Source: an uncultured delta proteobacterium
Lineage (GTDB): Bacteria > Desulfobacterota > Syntrophia > Syntrophales > Smithellaceae
Assembly: GCA_963726395.1 (NCBI GenBank)
Contig: CAVSCG010000027.1
Span: 26,328 to 90,327, forward strand
Direction of reading: 5' to 3'
Length of the DNA: 64,000 bases
The notes under the pieces were generated by a model that saw nothing but the letters and a program-made list of their open reading frames with translations, was not told the origin of the DNA and searched no databases. Shown here piece by piece: positions 58,844 to 64,000 of the stretch (the first letter of the stretch is position 1; the number at the start of each line of letters is the position of its first letter). A program made the position numbers and the translations under genes.

Positions 58844-59991
58844 TTAACAGTCTGATCGCTTGCAATTGTCGTTCGCGTTCGACATGCGGTTCTTGACAAT
58901 ATCTTCCTGGTCGCGATCTTTGAGCCACTGGACGATTTTCGGCGCGAACATTTTCTGGAATTTGGAACTGACGTAAATGCCGATATGTCCGGTTTCCAGA
59001 CAGACATCCTCCACATCCTTGCTGCCCACGGCTTTGGTCAGCTGATTGCAGGCCTCCGGCGGCACCAGGTGGTCATACTCGCCGAAGAAATTCAAAAGTG
59101 GCATGGTCAGCTTTTTTAAATCAACGCGCTTGCCGCCCAGATACATTTTGCTTTGAATCAACAGATTTTTCTTGTAGCAGTCTTCGACAAACTGGCGGAA
59201 TGTTTCTCCGGGAACGTCGGGACTGTCAAAAATCCAGCGCTCCATCCGCACGAAATTTTCCACAAAATCCTTGTTGTCCATATTTTCCATGAATCCGACG
59301 TATTTGTCGATCATCAGACGCGCGGGATTGAGCAGGAGAAATCCCAAATTCATCAGATCGCCGGGAATATTGCCGAATGTCTGAATCATCCGGTCCACGT
59401 CGATATCTTTCATCCATATATGCAGAAGCCCCTTGTCCGTGTCAAAGCTTGACGGCGTAACGGTGGTGATTAGATTTTTTATTTTATCCGGATGCAGCGC
59501 CGAATACATGACGCAAAAAGATCCGCCCATGCATATGCCCATCAGATTGATTTTGGGAACATTATGTTTTTTGCGGATGAAATCGACGATGTTGTTCATG
59601 TAGCCGTTGACATGATCGTCAATGGTTAAAAAGTGATCTTTGCGCTTGGGGTAGCCCCAGTCCACCATGTAAAGATCAATGCCGCCTTCCAGAAACGTTT
59701 TAACAACGCTTCTGTCCGGCTGTAAATCCAGCATGGTTTCCCGGTTAATCAGCGCGTAAACAACCAACAGGGGAGCTTTTAATTTATTTTCCGCGTTTTC
59801 ATTGCGAGAAGTAATGTTTAACCTTTACCCGGTCTTCTTCATACACAATTTCATAAGGAGTCGAGCCGAGTTCATAGTTGAGCTGTCCCTGCAAAACTTC
59901 GGACGCCTTGGAAACGCGCTGTTGCGCTTTTTCCGCGTCTTCGGCCATTCTTCTCCAGAATCAGATCCAGAGGAATTTTTGTTGAATTCAT
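58844..59991 (-). pseudogene. phaC: Class III PHA synthase subunit PhaC, about 2 frame breaks (near 59797 and 59950)
   Basis: ORF 58844..59767 carries the lipase box GICMGG and IFDSPDVPGETFRQF. The N-terminus is MNSTKIPLDLILEK / MAEDAEKAQQRVSKASEVLQGQLNYELGSTPYEIVYEEDRVKVKHYFS in two other frames. Confidence 0.8.
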
Positions 59992-60064
59992 AAAAAAATT
60001 TCCCTTCCAAAAATCTTCGGCCATCTGCCCGCCGGATACAGAAAGAGCGGCTACTTCACGACAG

Positions 60065-60963
60065 TCAGGTGTTGGGAGAAATACCCAGCATTTTTTCCAG
60101 TTTATTCACTCTCTTTTTCAGCAAATGGAATTCTTTGTATAAATCGTCAATATCTTTATTGGTCACAACAGGCAGCATTTGGAGAAAATCATGCATGGCT
60201 TCATTTTTGACAATCATGAAATCCTCCAAATTGTTTGAGCGTCCGATGCAGCGCTTCCGTGTAATCTTTGGATTTGAAAAGATTCATATAGTGGCCTTCC
60301 AGAATCTTCAGCCACATCGCGTAATTTTCTTTTGTCGCCGTGGGGAGATTGCCTTCTTCCGCCATCTGCTGGAGTTTTTCCTGAAAAACTTTGAAAGACT
60401 TTTCCATCGGCAAATAAAGTATGGAAAGAAATTCGGCCAGCGTCGTTTCAAAGAGATTGTGCTTATCCAGCATTTCATTGAACCGTTCCTGATAAAAACG
60501 GGTCAGTCCCAGCGGCGGAATTTTAAAGTATTGCTGTATCTCTTTTTCATAAACATCGCTTAAGGCTTTAAAGACTTCCTGATCCAGATTGTCGAATTTA
60601 TAGGCTTCCGTGCGTTTGCCGATTTTGCCTGCTTTTTCCATCAAATGGTTTTGTATTTGCATCGCCGCGTCAAAGCCGGATTTGGCCATTTTCAGAAAAA
60701 TTTCCGGCAGAGCATTGATGGAATTGGCCGCCGCCGAGGCTGATTCCGGCTCGCTCATCATCCGGGAAAAAGATTTAAGCAGATTCAAATTTGTATCCAA
60801 CTGCTGCGTAAAGCGGTTTTGCACGGCGGTTTGTGTACCAGGGGCGGTATCTGAATTGGACGGTATTGTTTGGTCCATATTAAGCCACATATCCGAGGCC
60901 GTCTGCAGCCAGTCGAAAATCGAAGATTCATTGAAAGGGGATTGATTTGTCTTCGTCAGCCAT
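60065..60963 (-). pseudogene. phaE: Class III PHA synthase subunit PhaE, about 2 frame breaks (near 60935 and 60220)
   Basis: AAGAGGTGG RBS and ATG at 60963 (MADEDKSIPF), then IFDWLQTASDMWLNM... (ORF 60201..60890, PPLGLTRFYQERF). The C-terminal tail LEDFMIVKNEAMHDF...KLEKMLGISPNT* is in another frame. Confidence 0.65.
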
Positions 60964-61313
60964 AGCCCACCTCTTATTTGTCAACAACCGCCATATCGGC
61001 AAAAAGGGTTAAATAAGTTAAATTAAAGAATAGAACAAGTATTAACGATTTCTAAAACGCTGACGGATGACGGTCGGGGGTTGCATTTGCTGTATTGATC
61101 AACCATGATCCGGCCGATAGTAATACCCATAAATTTGATATTTTTGTAATATAGAAGACAATGTTTGTCAATATGTTTTGGTGCATGGACGACAAAGCTG
61201 TCCCAGGATGCCGACGGAGAAAAACGAAAGAATTAAAAGGTCTCCGATTGTGCCTGTTGATTAATCTGTGGCAGGTATGACATTTATTGGAATATTGACG
61301 AGGCCATCATTTC

Positions 61314-61808
61314 TCAGTTTTTTAATTTTATTGAAAAAAGTAATTTCGGCCAGTCCAGTTGTGGAAAGACGCTATTCAACGGGTGGTCATCATCTACCAA
61401 ATGATGCTCCAGATTCCCGAATGTTTTTTCGGCAATCTTTTTAACGGCATAAGGATTGACAACGTTGTCTCGTGTGCCGTGGTAGATGATCACCGGGAGT
61501 TGCAGTTTTTGATTTACTGCGTTTTCAAACCCTTCTAAAATAAGCGCGGGGGCAAGCAGAATCAGCTTTTTTACACGCGGTTCGTCGTCCAACGCAAAGC
61601 GGGCCGCCATCAGGCCGCCAAAGCTTGATCCCACGAGGATCAGATCATCCTTGCCATTCAGAACCCGTTTCAGTTTACGCATCCGGGTCTCGAAATCGCC
61701 CGTGTAATCTTCAATAATCATTTCTGGAAACAATTTTCGGAAATATTGCGCTTTGGTTCCCTGAGATGTGCTCTCCAGACCGTGAATAAAAACAAGCGTG
61801 TACTTCAT
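61314..61808 (-). CDS. Alpha/beta hydrolase (YqiA-like esterase)
   Basis: FIHGLESTSQG, nucleophile elbow GSSFGG, and C-terminal D...H. Confidence 0.7.
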   Translation of the reverse strand: MKYTLVFIHGLESTSQGTKAQYFRKLFPEMIIEDYTGDFETRMRKLKRVLNGKDDLILVGSSFGGLMAARFALDDEPRVKKLILLAPALILEGFENAVNQKLQLPVIIYHGTRDNVVNPYAVKKIAEKTFGNLEHHLVDDDHPLNSVFPQLDWPKLLFSIKLKN

Positions 61809-61915
61809 TTATTTACCTTCTGATGTTTTTCTGGACATTGTCAATTTGATATTGCCGGGATTATGCCATTGTGTTACACCTTGCGCAACAGTATTTTCAA
61901 AAAGGAGATAAAAAA

Positions 61916-63142
61916 ATGGCTTTGGTATTACCTTTTAAGGCGGTTCGTCCGGTGGCGAAATATGCGTCGCAGGTTGCAGCGTTGCCGTACGATGTGATGA
62001 CCCGGGAAGAAGGACAAAAGGCGGTGGCAGGCCGTCCTCTCAGTTTTATGCGCGTGGAAAAATCGGAAATTGACGTGCCGGATGGCACGCGCCCCGACGA
62101 TCTCCGAATTTATGAAACGGCCAAGCGCAATTTCGCCAAATTAAGAGAAGAGGGCATCCTGAAACAGGATGAATTTCCCTGTTATTATGTCTATCGTCAG
62201 CAGATGGGAGCTCAGGTACAGACCGGCATTGTCGGGGTCATGAGCGCCGCCGAGTACGACGAAGGAAAGATCAAGAAACATGAGCTGACGCGTCAAGACA
62301 AAGAAGAAGACCGCATTCGCCATGTTGATACGGTCAACGCGCAGACTGGCCCCGTGTTCATCAGCTACATGGCGCGTCCCCGCATTAACGCGATTGTGGA
62401 AAAGATTGTTGCAGGATTGCCGGAATATGATTTTACCGCCGAAGACGGTGTGATCCACACCGCTTGGGTGGTAGCCGATGCCGCCGAGATTGAAGAACTC
62501 AGGAACGAGTTCGCGCGGATTGACGCGCTGTATATCGCAGACGGGCATCACCGCGCCGCCGCCGGCGCCACAATTGCTCGCAACCGCAGAAAGGCCGGTC
62601 AGGTGCAGGAATCGGACAGGGTAATGGCCGTATTTTTCCCACATAATCAATTGAAGGTCATGGATTACAACCGGGCTGTAAAAGACCTGCGGGGTCTCAC
62701 AGCGGACCAGTTTCTAGAGAAGATCAGCGCTAAATTTACCGTTACGAAAAACTTTGCCGCAAAATCACCGCAGCATCTGCATGATTTCGGTATGTATTTG
62801 GGCGGTCACTGGTATTGCATCACCATCAAAGACGGCGCCTATGACGCCAAGGATCCGGTGGCCAGCTTGGACGCGGCCATTTTGCAGGATCATCTGCTAG
62901 CGCCTGTTTTGGGCATTGCCGATCCGCGCACTGACGACCGGATAAAATTTATCGGCGGTATTCGGGGCATGGCGGAACTCGAAAAGCTGGTGAATCAGGA
63001 TGGTTTTGCCGTGGCGTTTTCGCTCTATCCCACAACGATGGAGCAGATTATGAAGGTTGCCGATGCCGGTGCGATCATGCCGCCCAAGTCCACCTGGTTT
63101 GAGCCCAAGCTGCGCAGCGGTCTGTTTGTTCACGCCCTATAA
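61916..63142 (+). CDS. DUF1015 family protein
   Basis: MALVLPFKAVRP...LPYDV... and ADGHHR motifs. AAAGGAGA RBS before the ATG at 61916. Confidence 0.8.
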   Translation: MALVLPFKAVRPVAKYASQVAALPYDVMTREEGQKAVAGRPLSFMRVEKSEIDVPDGTRPDDLRIYETAKRNFAKLREEGILKQDEFPCYYVYRQQMGAQVQTGIVGVMSAAEYDEGKIKKHELTRQDKEEDRIRHVDTVNAQTGPVFISYMARPRINAIVEKIVAGLPEYDFTAEDGVIHTAWVVADAAEIEELRNEFARIDALYIADGHHRAAAGATIARNRRKAGQVQESDRVMAVFFPHNQLKVMDYNRAVKDLRGLTADQFLEKISAKFTVTKNFAAKSPQHLHDFGMYLGGHWYCITIKDGAYDAKDPVASLDAAILQDHLLAPVLGIADPRTDDRIKFIGGIRGMAELEKLVNQDGFAVAFSLYPTTMEQIMKVADAGAIMPPKSTWFEPKLRSGLFVHAL

Positions 63143-63152
63143 TAAGGAGGAT

Positions 63153-63842
63153 ATGATGAAAAAGATTCAATTGTATGGTCTGACATTGCTTGTTTTGATG
63201 ACGGCTTTCAGTATTTCAGGTTGTGCCACAACGGGGATTTATTCCGTCAATATAGCTTATGAAGCGGAAAATGCTGTTGTTCCATCCTACCTGAAACCGG
63301 ATCAAAAAACTTTGCAGTCGATTATCGGGGTGGCCGAATTTACCGATACGCGTAAGATAGACGACCCGCTGGTGATTGGGCGTGTCATTGAAAAAAACGG
63401 TACGAAAGTGCTGGTTCTACCGAAATATAGCCGGCCGACAAGCGCCGTTGCCCAGGGCATCAGGCAGTATTTGAGAAAAGCCGGATATAATGTATCCGGC
63501 ATTGGCGAAAAATGGAATTTGCGGGAAGAAAATATCCCGCAGGCCGTTAACAGTAAACTTCTGATCGGCGGCTCGATTGAAGAGATGGAAATCAACTGTC
63601 GCCGGGCGTTTCCCACCAATTCTTACACGACAAAAATAAAACTGACCATTTACCTGGCGGATGCGGTCAATAAAAAAATATTGCACCGCTCAACTGTGGA
63701 AGCCACAACATCGCTTGAGCATGTATCTTTCTCGGAGGACCGGATGGGAAATCAGGCCAGTATGGCGCTGGGCGACGGGATAGAAAAAATATTTGAAAAA
63801 CGGGAACTGGCTCAAGCCATTCAGGAAGCTCTCAAGCGTTAG
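63153..63842 (+). CDS. Lipoprotein, unknown function
   Basis: AAGGAGG RBS. Signal peptide with the lipobox ISGC (MMKKIQLYGLTLLVLMTAFSISGC). The upstream part of ORF 63057..63842 overlaps the preceding gene and is ignored. Confidence 0.7.
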   Translation: MMKKIQLYGLTLLVLMTAFSISGCATTGIYSVNIAYEAENAVVPSYLKPDQKTLQSIIGVAEFTDTRKIDDPLVIGRVIEKNGTKVLVLPKYSRPTSAVAQGIRQYLRKAGYNVSGIGEKWNLREENIPQAVNSKLLIGGSIEEMEINCRRAFPTNSYTTKIKLTIYLADAVNKKILHRSTVEATTSLEHVSFSEDRMGNQASMALGDGIEKIFEKRELAQAIQEALKR

Positions 63843-63958
63843 CAGGGGGTTAGGCAGAGGAAGGCTCAGACGCGCGGCGGCAACTATTACCTGTTATCCT
63901 GATGCGGAATTAACGCGGCAGGATAACCCGGTTAAAGATTACCCCTGGGGGGAGATAT

Positions 63959-64000
63959 ATGAAAATACTCAACACAGCGCCCCTGTCCGATGCCGTATTG
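63959..64000 (+). CDS. Start of an unidentified ORF, 3' partial
   Basis: GGGGGGAG RBS followed by ATG (MKILNTAPLSDAVL...), running off the window. Confidence 0.3.
   Translation, partial: MKILNTAPLSDAVL

Noticed and set aside
59825-60010. 61-aa ORF 59825..60010 (-) as an independent small gene between phaE and phaC
   Set aside because: It is an out-of-frame reading of the phaC N-terminal region. The other frames give PhaC-like sequence (IPLDLILEK, AEDAEKAQQRV..., EIVYEEDRVKV).

Overview
This 64-kb window looks like chromosomal DNA from an anaerobic, sulfate-reducer-like (Desulfobacterales-type) bacterium. That assignment is inferred from gene content only. No tRNA, rRNA, CRISPR array or transposase was seen.

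Layout:
- 1-9.3 kb: housekeeping genes (partial COG1579 zinc-ribbon protein, rnhA, RNase P RNA, a lone F-type c-subunit locus), a PAS/Cache histidine kinase with an NtrC-type sigma-54 regulator, and engB.
- 9.6-25.7 kb: two tandem paralogous Flx/Hdr-type electron-bifurcation modules. The first has a roughly 1,470-aa HdrA/NfnB-like fusion and an MvhD/FlxD with an in-frame TGA where its paralog has Cys, so it is a likely selenoprotein. The second is interrupted by several frameshifts.
- 25.8-29.5 kb: a LysE exporter, a heavily frame-broken tungsten aldehyde:ferredoxin oxidoreductase, and radC.
- 29.8-34.5 kb: a three-gene minus-strand operon. It encodes a J-domain protein, an AAA+ ATPase with an MshEN-like (putative c-di-GMP-binding) N-terminus, and an 826-aa protein of near-identical 210/420-bp tandem repeats (E/A/K/R-rich helix) ending in about 9 MORN repeats. 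I cannot assign this operon to any described system. It is my top candidate for something new.
- 35.3-45.7 kb: an acyl-CoA metabolism island, partly disrupted.
- 45.8-52.6 kb: a MATE exporter and the mtaB-rnc-radical SAM-era-der housekeeping operon.
- 53-64 kb: DUF1846, a NIL-ferredoxin, a class III PHA locus (phaR, three phasin-like genes, phaE-phaC-tandem GAF-phaJ), a hydrolase, DUF1015 and a lipoprotein.

Global pattern: many genes are broken only by small indels, with no in-frame nonsense codons noticed, and the breaks cluster in genes from families that recur in this window. That pattern fits either recent decay or unpolished assembly error.

All calls rest on reading the sequence and the ORF track. 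No searches were run, and frameshift positions are approximate.
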